Shown one piece after another: positions 24,697-37,081 of a DNA stretch of 59,963 bases. The notes beneath the pieces were generated by a model. That model saw only the letters and a list, made by a program, of their open reading frames with translations, did no database searches and had not been told where the DNA came from. The stretch spans positions 44,046,321-44,106,283 of the forward strand of contig JASCQW010000190.1 in NCBI GenBank assembly GCA_030264375.1, in the 5' to 3' direction. This DNA comes from Carcharhinus longimanus. Its lineage: Eukaryota. Made by a program: the position numbers and the translations under genes. Position 1 is the stretch's first letter. Each line of letters opens with the position of its first letter.

Positions 24697-26029
24697 TTTG
24701 TGCACAAGTAAGAATAGATGAAAATTCACAGGTTTGCAGAGAGTATGTGAGCACTTTGTGAGAATGTGAGAAAATCTTCATGAAAAAGATTTGAGGATAT
24801 GCAGAGATTTATAAAGTTTTGTGATCACAGCAGATTGCAGATGTTAATATACCTCCAACTCTAGGAGCAAGTAAGCTCTTTATATTTTAATATTTTATAT
24901 CATTATTTCCCATTCTTTCAGCTATGGGAACATCTTTTGCAGAAAGTTATTTGAAGTTCTCTTCAAACAAACTTTCAAAGGAATAACATTTGCAATCTGA
25001 TCCAATGGCTATACACGATATGATAAAAGGTTTCATGGAATTAATATTGTCAATAAAAAAATGTTTCATGTTGATAACCAGTTTGTCTCTACTTATGGGG
25101 ATGGTAGGCACAGAGCTGCAGCTATCTTCTCCTGTGCATTGGTACCTGGAAAGAGCGGCAACATTTTTGATTAAATATCCCAATTTAACCATATATGGAA
25201 AGGGAGCAAGTACATCTCTCAATGTTCACCAATTCTGTTCGACAGTGGTAGCTAAATCTGAGACCTGCCATCTCCTAGGGAAGGCAGCAAAAAGGGAATG
25301 CTAAAGCCAAGTTCAGGANNNNNNNNNNNNNNNNNNNTCCTCTGGACTTCAAGAATATCCCAAAGTCCAAGAAAAGTAGGCGTGTACAGGATTGGAAAAC
25401 ACCATTACCACCCATTAATCCAGTCCCACAAGTTACAAACTTCCTAATTCACTTTATTTCTAATGTGCTTTGCTAGACCAGTCTGTCAAAGGCAATGGCA
25501 TTTATAGCACCCTCTGCTTCTATCTATTGTCTCTTTGGGTAGGTATTTCCACACCTTCATCAGCGCTTGTGTGAAGATGTCATCCCTTAGCTGCACATTC
25601 ACCTTCATCTGTCTGAGCTTTAACCTGCATCTCCTTGCCTTAGAGCCTATCCCAGAGCTTGTCTAATGTTGAATACCACTGGGATCCCAGCCGTGAGCGA
25701 GTTTGGAGAATTCCGGCCTTTGTGTAACAAGTTTTTCTAGTCCTGTTAATACCTAAAAGGCTTAGTAAGATCACCTGTATTCACGTTTTTATCCAATGTG
25801 AACTTTACTTTTCCTTTATAGTTCAGATAAGCAGTCGCATTTATTAAATTAGATTCTTTGTACTCCCTCCCAAGATCCGGATGTCATTGGGTGTGTGATT
25901 CTAGGATATCCTCCAAGTGAGGGCAGACAGTGTTTTATATAAACTGATTATAATTTCATAGACTTTGACAGCACAGGAAAATGTGCCAGTGCCAGCTATT
26001 CAATTAGTCCCTGCTCTGTTCCCCACAGC

Positions 26030-26345
26030 CCAGTAATTACCTTCCCTTCTAGAGTATATCCTTCTGAAAGTCACTGTTGAATCACCTACCACTGCCATTT
26101 GAGGTGGTGAATGATAGTAACAACTCTCAACAATTTAAAATAAATTCTNNNNNNNNNNNNNNNNNNNNNNNNNNNNNNNNNNNNNNNNNNNNNNNNNNNN
26201 NNNNNNNNNNNNNNNNNNNNNNNNNNNNNNNNNNNNNNNNNNNNNNNNCTTATCTCTTCTCTGAATCTTCTATCAATCATTTTAAATCTGTGTCCTCTGG
26301 TTACAGATCTTCCTGCTGCTGGAAACAATTTTCCTTGTTTACTCC
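26030..26345 (-). mobile_element. Degraded CR1 3' region spanning a gap
   Basis: Minus ORF KLFPAAGRSVTRGHRFKMI. Confidence 0.7.
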
Positions 26346-26864
26346 ACGCCCCATCCTGTGCTGTTTTCTCCATCTCTTTTATCCAATAATTCCACAGTTT
26401 ATTTCCCTGCCCCAGCTTCTTTGTTTTCTTTTGCATTTATCTACTTTAAACAACATTTTCCTCGGCCCAAATCTCCCAACCTAAACAGATCTCCTTGCAA
26501 TTAGACCATTTCTGTGTGGTATTTACCCTCGCCCACCCCACCCAACACAATTTGATAGATTTAAGATTGGAGAACTTTGTTACCATCTCTTCTTCCAAAT
26601 TATTAATATGCATGAACCCACCACTGGCCCTGGAGCAGCTCCTTGAGGTGCCTAATTGCCTTGTCATATTGATACATTTCTCCTTTAAAATTGCTTTTTG
26701 CATCCTTTATATCAGTCAGCTAATTATCCACTTCAAAGACTTCCCTTCTACCCCACGTCTATCTTTCTTGTAATCTTCCACGCGTGTCAGAGGTTTTGAT
26801 GAGGACTTTGTGTCTTAAATGCATTAAGTTCCCCAATTGTCAACTAAATCCATCATACCAGAAA

Positions 26865-27010
26865 ATGGAATTGGATATATACTGAAGGCTAAATTTACAG
26901 GGCTGTGGGGAAAGAGCAGGAAAATGGGACTAATTGGACCACACCTTCAAAGAACCAGCACAAGCACAAAGGATCGAATGGTTGCCGCCTGTGCTGTATG
27001 ATTCTATGGT
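26865..27010 (+). mobile_element. CR1 3' UTR
   Basis: ggggaaagagcaggaaaatgggactaattgg...tgtgctgtatgattctatg. Confidence 0.7.
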
Positions 27011-27429
27011 TATCCAGTTCTTTGTTGAAATTGTAAATTGAGAGCTGTAAAGCGGCATTTGATTCCTATAATACTATATTTCTCCTGATGCCTCACTATT
27101 CTTTTTCACCTACCATACTCCCTACCAAGGCCAAGCTCATTGGCCTACAGTTCTATGCAGTAATTTTCTGTTCCTTTGATCAATCAACAGGATGTTTACC
27201 TTCCTGTTTGGTGGTTCAGCAGGACCAGGTATTTTTTTTCTTTGTTTTACCATTCTCATTCTGTCAGTTAACTCCTTGTGGCTAATCTTCTGCCTTTCTC
27301 CTTTTTCCCCTTTAACTCTCAACTGCAGTTGAAGGCGGCAAATTCTTAGATTAATTTTGTCTTTCCTACATCTCAAAACATTTAACCTTTGTACTGAGCT
27401 GTACAATCTGAGAAGATTCCGTATTGCAA

Positions 27430-28040
27430 AGCCGTGCCAGAAAGGCCTGTCATATTAAATGTCAATCGGGCACCTAATAGTCAGAGGTGGACCTTTGCCA
27501 GGATCAAGTGCAAGTCCTGCCTGTTGAGCCATCGGCCAATCAGAGGCCAGTAGTTTTTATGAATAGCAGAGACGCTGGCTATTGCTGATACAATACCCAT
27601 CTGAGGCTCAGTATTATTGCTGGATCACAGGCTAAAGGTAAGTGATGGGTGGGTCGCTGAGGAGGGGGTGGGAGTGGGTCACAGTGGAATGGGATGGGGG
27701 AGGTTGGCAAGGATAGGGGGGTGACTCTCAGCAGCACCCTCTTCCTGATGTTAGGTTCCTTGATTTGGCACTGATTGCCTTTCAACAAGGGACCTCCCCA
27801 TAAGTCTGCAAGCAACCCTGCATGGGTTGCTTGTTGGGCTCCCAACATGGTGAGGGCCTGCCGAGGAGTTCATTGGGGGATCAAGTCGTCAAGTAGGCAT
27901 TAATGCCAGACTTAAGGGCCCCAATTCGCTGGGCCATAAGACCATTCATGGGCCTTCCCACCATAGACCTAATTGGTGTGGAGGTTGGAAGGACACAAGA
28001 TCCCCACTTGCTACCCTCCCACCTGATTAACTGCGTTCCA
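27430..28040. mobile_element. Non-autonomous DNA-transposon-like repeat
   Basis: Inverse of the 630-1220 family motifs (acttaagggccccaatt). Confidence 0.45.
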
Positions 28041-28261
28041 GTTACCACACTTGTTACAGCAGAGCTACCAAAGGAGCACCACTGTCTGTAGAACCATATC
28101 AGGGGTGATGTGGTACTTGTGAGGGGAAAGGAATGAGTAGAATAATGAAAGAATAAAAATAACTTTCTTGAGCTTTAGTAAGCATGTACTGGAAAGGTTC
28201 AAAGCTGTGACGGTCATATACCTTTTAGAGATCTTCTTTTCTAAATCATGTTTTTTGCTGT

Positions 28262-28986
28262 TGTAACAGGTCTTTTTGGCTTCAGTTATTTTTTTCATTA
28301 TGGCACTGGTTTGTCTGGAGGGGTCTTTTTATCGCTGCTTAAACAGGGCTCTGTTTATTTTTACTGGGATGTTTGACTCTATATTGTTGGGGTAAAAACT
28401 GGTTGTCGATCAGGTGACAGGAGCTTTTTCGTTTTCAATTTGGAGCAGCAGGTTTTAGAAGAGACAGCAATCTTAAAAGAAGTGTTTCTCTTGCTCCCTA
28501 TTTTATCTGGAAATTCTACTGGTTATCTGAAAACAAGGTCTTGCCTTTTGAAGGGGAGAACCTGCTGTTGGTGGTGTGACCAGAGTCCCTGCCTGGGGTT
28601 CTGGGAAGCCATTCAGACTGTTCTGAGTCCATTAGAGAACTGCTGAATTCATTTGAAGGACCCAATCTCAGTATCATGTGAGCATTAGACTTTGCTGTAT
28701 TGAACTTGTTTAAAGGGGTTTGATTGGAACATCTTAGATATATTTGCTTAAGGGTTGTACACTGTTGTTTTGTTTTTGTTTGTAATTGATAGAAGTTATT
28801 GCTAATTTTCTTTCCATACATGTTAACTATATTCTTAATTAAACTTCCTTTTATAAGGTTCCTGAGTGGGTCATTTGAATCGTTCCTGAAGTGAAACAAA
28901 TCATCCTGGCCAAATTCAAGGTACAAAACCTATGATCCAGGCAGGCTCCATAAAAGACTCTGGAGTTTCTGACCTGAGCCATAACA
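28262..28986. mobile_element. Solo LTR (Gypsy/ERV-like)
   Basis: Begins TGTAAC, ends ATAACA, flanked by a perfect 5-bp direct repeat GCTGT (28257-28261, 28987-28991). Confidence 0.65.
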
Positions 28987-29911
28987 GCTGTCTGATGTTA
29001 ACTCAATTATAAAGGGTCGGCAAAATCTGCTCCATACTATGGAATGTTGTTGTAAGGGGAAAAATGATGTTATTTGAATTTTAAATTAACTTCCAGCACA
29101 GAACGTGATCTTGGCTAAAAAGTTTAGTTTCCTACAGCTCCTGTGTGTAGGAGTCCTGCATTCTCCCCTTAAATGTTTTAAACAGTTCCTGAATGTTAAA
29201 CTTTGGACCTCACTACAAAGGTTTGTGTTCACTCTCACTGTGAAGTATGCCACTTTCCAAAAGTATTAATTTATAGAAGTAGGAAAAAGTGGGTAGTGGG
29301 CTTAACCTACTCCTTTTATTGCAGTGACTGAGTTGATATTTTTCCTGTATTGTTATTGAATCATGTCACTGAAATAAAAATGCCCCCCCCCCCAGCGTAT
29401 TTACAGGCAGAGCGGGGCATATAAAATAAAACAGGTGGTCAGCCCATTGCTTCCCCAGGTTACAGGTGGCAGGTAAGGTGTTGGCAGCCCCCTCTCTCAT
29501 CCTTAAGCTTATTGAGGCCCTTAAGTGTCTAATTAATTGCCACTTCACATGAGGACCCGGTTCCATCTCTACTGCTATAATACATGCAAGGTATTTAAAT
29601 CTCTGTAGCTGTAAGTTTTCCCATCAACTGCCAACCAAAGGCAACCCTGTCATGTGAGCTTTGTTGGGTTGTTTCCTTTGGCCTCTTTTTTATCCGGCCT
29701 AAATATCAGAATGGGATGCAATTGTTAATTCTACTTTTTATTAAAGGGAAGCTAAACAAAATAAAGTTAGAAAGGACCAGTGACTGCAACATTTGGATGT
29801 CTGTGTCAGAGGATTGTTGGTCAGCGTTCCTCAAAGGGGCTGCAAGGATATAAATGTTGGAAAGGAGAAGTGGGGAAGAAAGAGATATAGTACTGATCCT
29901 CCTGGAGATAT

Positions 29912-30365
29912 TTTTCTTTTGAGATATGGGCATCGCTGGCTGGCTAGCATTTATTATCCATCCCTAGATGCCCTTGAGAAGGTGGTGAGCTGCCTTTGTG
30001 AACTGCTGCAATCCATGAGATGTAGGTGCACCCACAGTACTGTTGAGAGAGTTCCAGAGTTTTAACACAGCGACAGTGAAGAAGCAGTGATATATTTCCA
30101 AGTTTGGATGATGAGTGTCTTGGAAGGGACCCTAAGGTGGTGGTATTCCCATGCATCTGTTCCTCTGATCCTTCTAGATAATAGTGGTTGTGGACGGTGC
30201 TGCTTAAGAAACATTGGTGAGTTCCTGCAGTGAATCTTGTAGATTGTGTACATGGCTGCCACTGTTCATCAGTGATGGAGGGATTGAATGTTTGTGGAAG
30301 GGGTAGCAATCAAGTGGGTTGTTTTGTCTTGGATGATGTCAAGCTCCTTAAGTGGTGTTGGAGCT
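29912..30365 (-). mobile_element. CR1/L2-group LINE (family B) 3' region
   Basis: Homologous to 9025-9480. Confidence 0.8.
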
Positions 30366-30746
30366 TCAGTCAGCAGGTTTGGTATCATCTGTGGAGAGAG
30401 ACACTGAACATTTTGAGTAAAATGACTCCCCTTTGGAATTGAGTTATTTTATTTAACTAAAACACAATCACTTTCAATACAAACACCAGGATTTTGCATT
30501 AGTAAAGGATTGTCATTGATGACTAATTATTGTCGTCCAGCACCTGAAGAAATAATTTGCTATGAATCATGCAGAATAATTTGTGTTCAGAGTGCTGATG
30601 GAAATATGCTCAAATGATTAGCAAGTAATTTTTTTGTCTTCTGTTTTCTCCTCCAAATCTCTCTCTTGGGGAATCACCTGACAGGATCCACCATCTCCTT
30701 CTGCAGATTGGAGGCAGAACATACAAAGTGGGGGAAGGGAGAATAA

Positions 30747-30860
30747 GTCCACATCAGTAGATAGGGAAAAAGAGGGATGAAGCCCTGTTGTCAGAATTTA
30801 GGGGGCTAGGTAGAAGACTAGCAAGCAGGACCTCAAAAGTAGTAATCTCTGCATTACTCA
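30747..30860 (+). mobile_element. CR1 ORF1 (SGNH esterase-like) fragment
   Basis: Translates RDEALLSEFRGLGRRLASRTSKVVISALL. Confidence 0.7.
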
Positions 30861-31780
30861 TTTAAACTAACTTCACATGATTATTGATAATTTGACATTT
30901 ATTCTTGATAATTTGCATATCTTTGTTTACCCAGTTATCCCTGAATGCTCAGAGTCAGGATATTGCTTTAATTTTGAATCTTGGATTGGGCTTGAGTTTA
31001 ACTTTACATCCACAAAAGAATATTTTCAACAATTCAACCATTCACTTACAGAGCTTAATAATGCAAAATGTTTCTGTGTTTGTTCAGGGTAAAGTTTGTT
31101 TCTCTCTTGTTTTGAGGTCGTACATGATGCGTCATTCTTTGTGCAAGAATAGCTAATCTGTTTCCAAGTTTCTAAAAATTCCCCATTTTATTTGTATCCC
31201 ATTATCTTCCCCTGAAGACCCAGCCTTGTCTGGCAATCTAATGGTGCTTTAACTGTTTTAAACTTGTGTGGTGAAAAGGCTTCGTCCACTCTGTTGAGCT
31301 CCATATGTTCCCATTCCTTTTGATTTGTTACTTCATCTTTGCATTTAAAGATTTTGATGCGGCAACAACACTGATATTTTTAAATTGGTGTTCAGTGACT
31401 CAAGTTTCCCCTCTATCCATTTCAAAAACAGAATATCAGCTGCTTGTCTGGTCGTGTGTGGCAAAATAGCAACCCAATGATTGAGGTTATTTCTGAAAAA
31501 GCCAAAAATTATTTTTTGATTATAAACAAATAGAATGAGTGGTAGTGTTAACCTCCTGTGAGCCCTCATTGAACCTGTTCCCGACATTCAATAACGGTGA
31601 TCTGATTTTCATTTTGAATAATCACATGTTCGAATGAGCTTTTTTTTGTAATTGCTGTTCCTCTGTTGGAGGAGCTGATTCATGTGGAGGGTATGGCGCC
31701 GTGGATGTTAGCAGTCCTCCAGCACATCAATCAAGGGACCAGTCACAAGCTCAAAAACAGAGAACGTCACTCATCTATAT

Positions 31781-31985
31781 GATCATGTCGGGCATCACAG
31801 CTGACCTATAATTGATATCCACACACACATACATATACCTTCCAGCTAAGATTGCTGAGCTTGGACAGGGAACGTTGCTCATCTGTTCGATCATGTTGGG
31901 TATCACAGCTGACCTTCTCTAATTGTGTGTGTGATATCCACACACAGACCTTTTCGCTAAGATTGCTGATCGTTGATCAAGAACC
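31781..31985. repeat. Two-copy ~108-bp tandem duplication
   Basis: gatcatgtYgggYatcacagctgacct...gatatccacacaca...gctaagattgctga occurs twice. Confidence 0.8.
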
Positions 31986-32084
31986 AAGGCAAATCATTTA
32001 TTTCTGTCTTTCCCAGCTGGATGAGTTCTTGTCACTTGTAATGGTTTCATTGGCGAATGCCGCATCATGTGGGACATTCAGCCA

Positions 32085-32462
32085 CGTGGATTTTAAAATT
32101 CTCATTTTTGTTTGCAACTCCCTCAATGGCCTTGTCCCTCCCTTTCTTTCTAATTTCCTTCAAGCAGACAACCTTCTGAAATGTCTGTTATTTCTTGAGT
32201 TCTGGCCTCAAGAACATTCCCAATTTTAATTGCTCCATTATTGGTGGATATGCCTTTAATTGCTGCAATCCTAATCTCTGGAATTTCCTCCCCAAACTGC
32301 CATCTCTCCTTGGAGATGCTCTTTAAAACCTGACTAAGCTACTGGTCACCTGCTTAGTATCTCCTTATTCCTTTGGGTGAAACTTTGCTCTATAATGCTC
32401 CGGTGTCCTTCGAATGCTTTATTACATTAAAGGCACCATATAAATATAAGTTATTGTTGTTT
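32085..32462 (+). mobile_element. L2 LINE 3' end
   Basis: DFKILIFVCNSLNGLVPPFLS...; ends aaggcaccatataaatataagttattgttg; similar to 55220-55875 and 58420-58800. Confidence 0.7.
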
Positions 32463-34249
32463 ACAATAATATTGGAAGGATTTTTCTTCCTTTTGTGTTG
32501 CATATTTCGAGCTCTGTCTCAATATCTTAATTAAGGATTTGCATTATGTACAGCAAGGATTTGAAAAACTACTATGGCAGTAACTTTCATCGTAAAGTCA
32601 TCATTTATCATCTGATAATTTACTGAGAGGGAACATTTCATCATTAGTTAAGTACTTTGTGTTTATTCTATCTGTTCAAATGTTAAACTGTTGATTCTTA
32701 AAGTTCAGCATTTGCCATGTCGATATTTTAACGAGTTGTTATTGCCATTGTTAATACACTGTACACCAGTCATTGTAAGCCATCTAGGGTAAAATAATTG
32801 TTTTCCAAAACTTATAATTTCAACATGTTTTAAGTTTGTCCACATTTACTATTCCAGTTCATTTTTGTGTATTTTGTCCTTGGCAAAGATTGTGCCAGAC
32901 ACCTGCAGGAACTGGCTGGTTATGTGTAAACCTGGCATTGGTGTTGTATTTGTGTGATATTGAGGTGTTTGGTTCAGCACAATGCAAGCTGGTATGTACA
33001 GATCTTTGGCACCATATTGAAATAAGTTGTCCGTTGTGTGGCTGGTGAAAAAATGAATACTTGTGATAACAATTGCCATCTGAAGGGAGGTTATGAGAAC
33101 ACATGCTCATGCATATAAGCCTCACTGCTTACTATGATTAAGTTGAAGACAAATAAACAGCTACTGGTGAAACTAGACACTTACAACTGATACAATCACA
33201 GTGCATGTTGTGTACCCACGTTATGGCTGGGAGGATGGTGACAATGTACTCGCACATGTTATTCTAAGGTTATGATGTTCACCATGTCATTTTTGGGAGC
33301 TGATGGTATTTGCATTCAGAGCTGAAATTCACACGCATCAGTTGTCTGTTGATTAAACTTTTTGTTGCAAATATATACTTTATTCATAAAATATCTGAAA
33401 GAACATTGCAAACATTTCAAAATAGTTGTCACGGTATGATAATGTTCAGGCTTTCGACATAGATCATATTGCATTCTGAGGTGCTTCAGTACAGCCAAAG
33501 GAATGTTACAGACGTTTCAAGATGAACTAGTGATTACCTTCCTTGGGAGAGAGATAAGAGTCTTGGGGTTCAGGTGATTCTTTCATAAGGGAGAGAAAGT
33601 GGGGTTACATTGCAATTCTAGTGGATCCAAGATGATGTGTCTCATAATGGCAGTTCAGAATGAAGTCAACCAACATAGCTTGTAATTTTTATTTGTTGAA
33701 TGTGAGTGATTTGTTTAATTACAGAGGTCCTTTAAAGTTTATTGTGCTCTCGTGGTAACTTAAAGNNNNNNNNNNNNNNNNNNNNNNNNNNNNNNNNNNN
33801 NNNNNNNNNNNNNNNNNTTTTCCATTCCAGGAAGGCCTAGCTTCCAGGTAGCCAGCAGACTCTGTAATCTGATAGCTGACCCAGGCAGGTCCACACTACC
33901 CAAGGGCACTGTTAAAAATTAACTCACCAACCTGGCTCACAAATGAATCCTGAGGTTAAATTTGATGGGGTCCCAGGACTAAATTCACTCAGGTTTCAGG
34001 TAACTCTACTAATCAATGCCCCAGAGGATAGCACGTTCTCTGGTAAACAAGCTGTAGTAAGCTGCATTGTATTAACTACATAAACACCAGCAATAGCCTT
34101 TCAGACACATCCTAGGATCCTGACTCTGCACCAAAGAGTTCTGGACCTGGGAAAAAGATGTATGCTCCTATGTGTACATTCCAGATTGGACAAATAGATA
34201 GTGGATTTCTCAACTCGATTTAGGTTTAGTTGCTGCACATTTTTGTTTG

Positions 34250-35020
34250 CAAGAATGTACTTTATTCAAAAAAATCTGAAAGAAACATTACAAAACATTT
34301 CAAAATGTCACAAGAAAGTAAAATTATATTCACATCAGGATGCACTCTCGAGATGCTTCAATTTAGTATTGAAATATTGCAAATATTTCAATATTTTCAT
34401 TAAAGAGTACAATTCTGTTCAAATTATATACATTGGTCATGTTGCACTCAGACGTGTTTCAGCACAGTTATATATGATCAGGATTAAGCACACAATCCAC
34501 GGGGTTTCAATGGTTACTAGCCCCTTGGTGTACATTGGCTCAAGAGCCTTACACTGTGAGCTTTCCCCATTGCATTTTGGTGATGGCTGTTCCAAGCTTA
34601 ATAGCGTCCTTAAGCACATAGTCCTGGACCTTGGAATATGCCAGTCTGCAAAATCCAGTGGAGGACAATTCCTTGCATTGAAAGACCAATAGGTGTTGGG
34701 CAGCCCAAGGAGCATCTTTCACTGAGTTGGTGATCCTCCAGCAGCAGTGGATGTGTGTCTTGGTGTGCGTCCCCGGAAATAGCCCACAGAGCAGAATCCT
34801 GCGTCACAGAACTGCTTGGCGTGAATCTTGACGAAAACCGTTACGTCTCTTCAGACTAAAGACACATTTCAGAAGGCAGATTCCACAAGGAGGTGTGCAA
34901 CCATCTCTCTACTACCACAACCCCCCCCACCCCCCAAACAGTTGCTTCCAGTGCAGCATGATGTTGAGCGTGCATGGAGGATTGATGGGGAGTTCCCTTC
35001 TCACCAGAAGCCAAGCTGCA
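34250..35020 (-). mobile_element. Tx1-clade (L1 group) LINE ORF2 C-terminus and 3' UTR
   Basis: Minus strand reads ...GLFPGTHTKTHIHCCWRITNSVKDAPWAAQHLLVFQCKELSSTGFCRLAYSKVQDYVLKDAIKLG; AATAAA near the 3' end. Confidence 0.75.
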
Positions 35021-35089
35021 CATGTCAGACACAGTAAGAAGTCTCACAACATCAGGTTAAAGTCCAACAGGTTTATTTGGTAGCACAAG

Positions 35090-35130
35090 CCACTACCTTT
35101 CGGAGTGCTGCCCCTTCATCAGGTGAGTGG
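35090..35130 (-). ncRNA. Minimal type I hammerhead ribozyme motif (Penelope-associated)
   Basis: Minus strand: ccactcac-CTGATGA-aggggcagcactcc-GAAA-gg-TA-gtgg (both core boxes intact; stem III palindrome AGCT changed to AGGT). Confidence 0.7.
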
Positions 35131-35561
35131 CATTTCAGCTTACAAACAGGGCACATAAAGACACAAATTCAATTTACAAAGTAATGGTTGGAATGCGAGT
35201 CTTTACAGGTAATCAAGTCTTAAAGGTACAGACAATGTGAATGGAGAGAATGTTAAACACAAGTTAAAGAGATATGCGTTGTCTCCAGCCAGGCCAGTTA
35301 GTGAGATTTTTCAAGCCCAGGCAAATCTTGGGGGTTACACATGTCACACCATCTGCCCCCACGACTTGCCTGGGCTTGCAAAATCTCATTAACTGTCCTG
35401 GTTGGAGACAATACACATCTCTTTAATCTGTGCTTAACCCTCTCTCCACTCCAGTTGTCTGTACCTTTAAGACTTGATCAACAGTGAAGACTCACATTCC
35501 AACCATTATTTTGTAAATTGAGTTTGTGTCGTTATATACCCTGTTTTTGTGAACTGAAATC

Positions 35562-35602
35562 CCACTTGCCTGATGAAGGAGCGGCACTCCAAAAGCTAGT
35601 GG
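35562..35602 (+). ncRNA. Minimal hammerhead motif, degenerate copy
   Basis: ccacttgc-CTGATGA-aggagcggcactcc-AAAA-gc-TA-gtgg (GAAA to AAAA, consistent with CpG decay). Confidence 0.6.
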
Positions 35603-36968
35603 CTTGTCTACCAAATAAACCTGTCGGACTTTAACTTGGTGTTGTGAGACTTCTTGTTGTGTTTAACCCAGTCCAATGCCAGCATTTCCACATCATGTCA
35701 GACACCCAGCTAGAAGTCACCCAGCTGACAAGAAGACAATGCAACTAAGGAGAAAAGGCTTCAAATTTCATGACCCCAGGATCAGAACCACATCTCTTAC
35801 ACTGAGACTAGGATCAAGAACTTTCCAAGGGTAACCTCATATGCAAAGATATCCATTTCCTGCCACAATGTCAACGTCACAATGTAGTGTTTTATTGGTT
35901 TCCTATGCCAGACCTCTTGTAGCCTACCTTAAAACATTATCAATTTTACCCACGAAGAAACTGGATTGAGATTACCTAAATACATTTAATACAAGAACTT
36001 CACAGCCAGCAGGTGGATTTAACCAATTCCCAATGATGAAAGATAAGTAGATAATCAACAATGCTACCTAATCATGTTTTTCTAATGTTTGTTCATTTTG
36101 TATTGTAAACAAAATATCTGTAATTAAAAAAAATACAGGTAATAAACTATCTCCTTTAGTTTACATCACGTAGGGCAACTAAAAAGGTGAATAGCTATTA
36201 ATCTTTTTACTATTACTGGATGCTGGCTCTTTCATGGCTACAGCTTGTTGATACGCTCTGGTCAGCACAATCACTCACTAAGGTCCACAAGTGACAAATC
36301 TCTAGATTCATTGCTGTACGTGATCTGCCATTTTTATACTGTGCCTTGTGCACCTACTGTTAACTGTTCCTCTTGAATTGGCAGGAATTAAGGGAAGCTA
36401 TGGTCTAGAACAAATGGTGTAATTATATTAACAAGAACACACTGGTGCACAGATTCATTTATATGTTGCGATTGGCTAAGTGCATTACTATATCCTTGAT
36501 AGCCCCTCGAATTAAAAAATATCCAAATTGCCCAAGAATCCAATCTAGTTAATCATCACTACTAAGAATGTTGATTTTGTTTGTTCATTACTTATAGAGA
36601 TTATATATTTTAAGAGCAATAGATTGCCTCAATAAGATGAGGGATTTCTATTTGCGCCTCCCTTTCTTTTTGGGACACTGCTTGCTTGGCCCATATACTA
36701 CCTCCCACAAAGGAATTTGTTAATTGAATGTAAAGCCGAATTGTCCATTGTATTTCACATAATAGTTGATTTGAATTGGCTTCTGTCCCAAAGTATGCAT
36801 AAGAACCAACAAGATGACTACAACCAATTGAAAATCCATACCGTCAACAGTGTAGATTAAATCAATTTTAATCCCCTTAACCCTGCCCCTTCCAGTTCTT
36901 CACTAATTGATTTCTTGGGAGAGTCACAGAGACGTCTAGTTTGTCAGTCAGTGTCTACTGACCCACTG

Positions 36969-37081
36969 CTGATTGGTAAAATAATCCCTAATTGTCTGTC
37001 AGGATAAAATGGGTCAGGATGATTATTATTGAATTACATCACTGTCAGCATGCATCACCTAGAGCTGGTTGCCATAGCAAC
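36969..37081. promoter_or_regulatory. RFX X-box with an upstream inverted CCAAT box
   Basis: GTTGCCATAGCAAC at 37068-37081 (one mismatch from the palindromic consensus); CTGATTGG at 36969-36976; non-repetitive context. Confidence 0.5.

Larger units (their letters stand above)
35021..35705. mobile_element. Penelope-like element: long inverted pLTR-type palindrome with 12-bp TSD
   Basis: ~300-bp inverted arms centred near 35340; catgtcagacac at 35021-35032 and 35694-35705; shares ends with 9932-10087. Confidence 0.85.
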
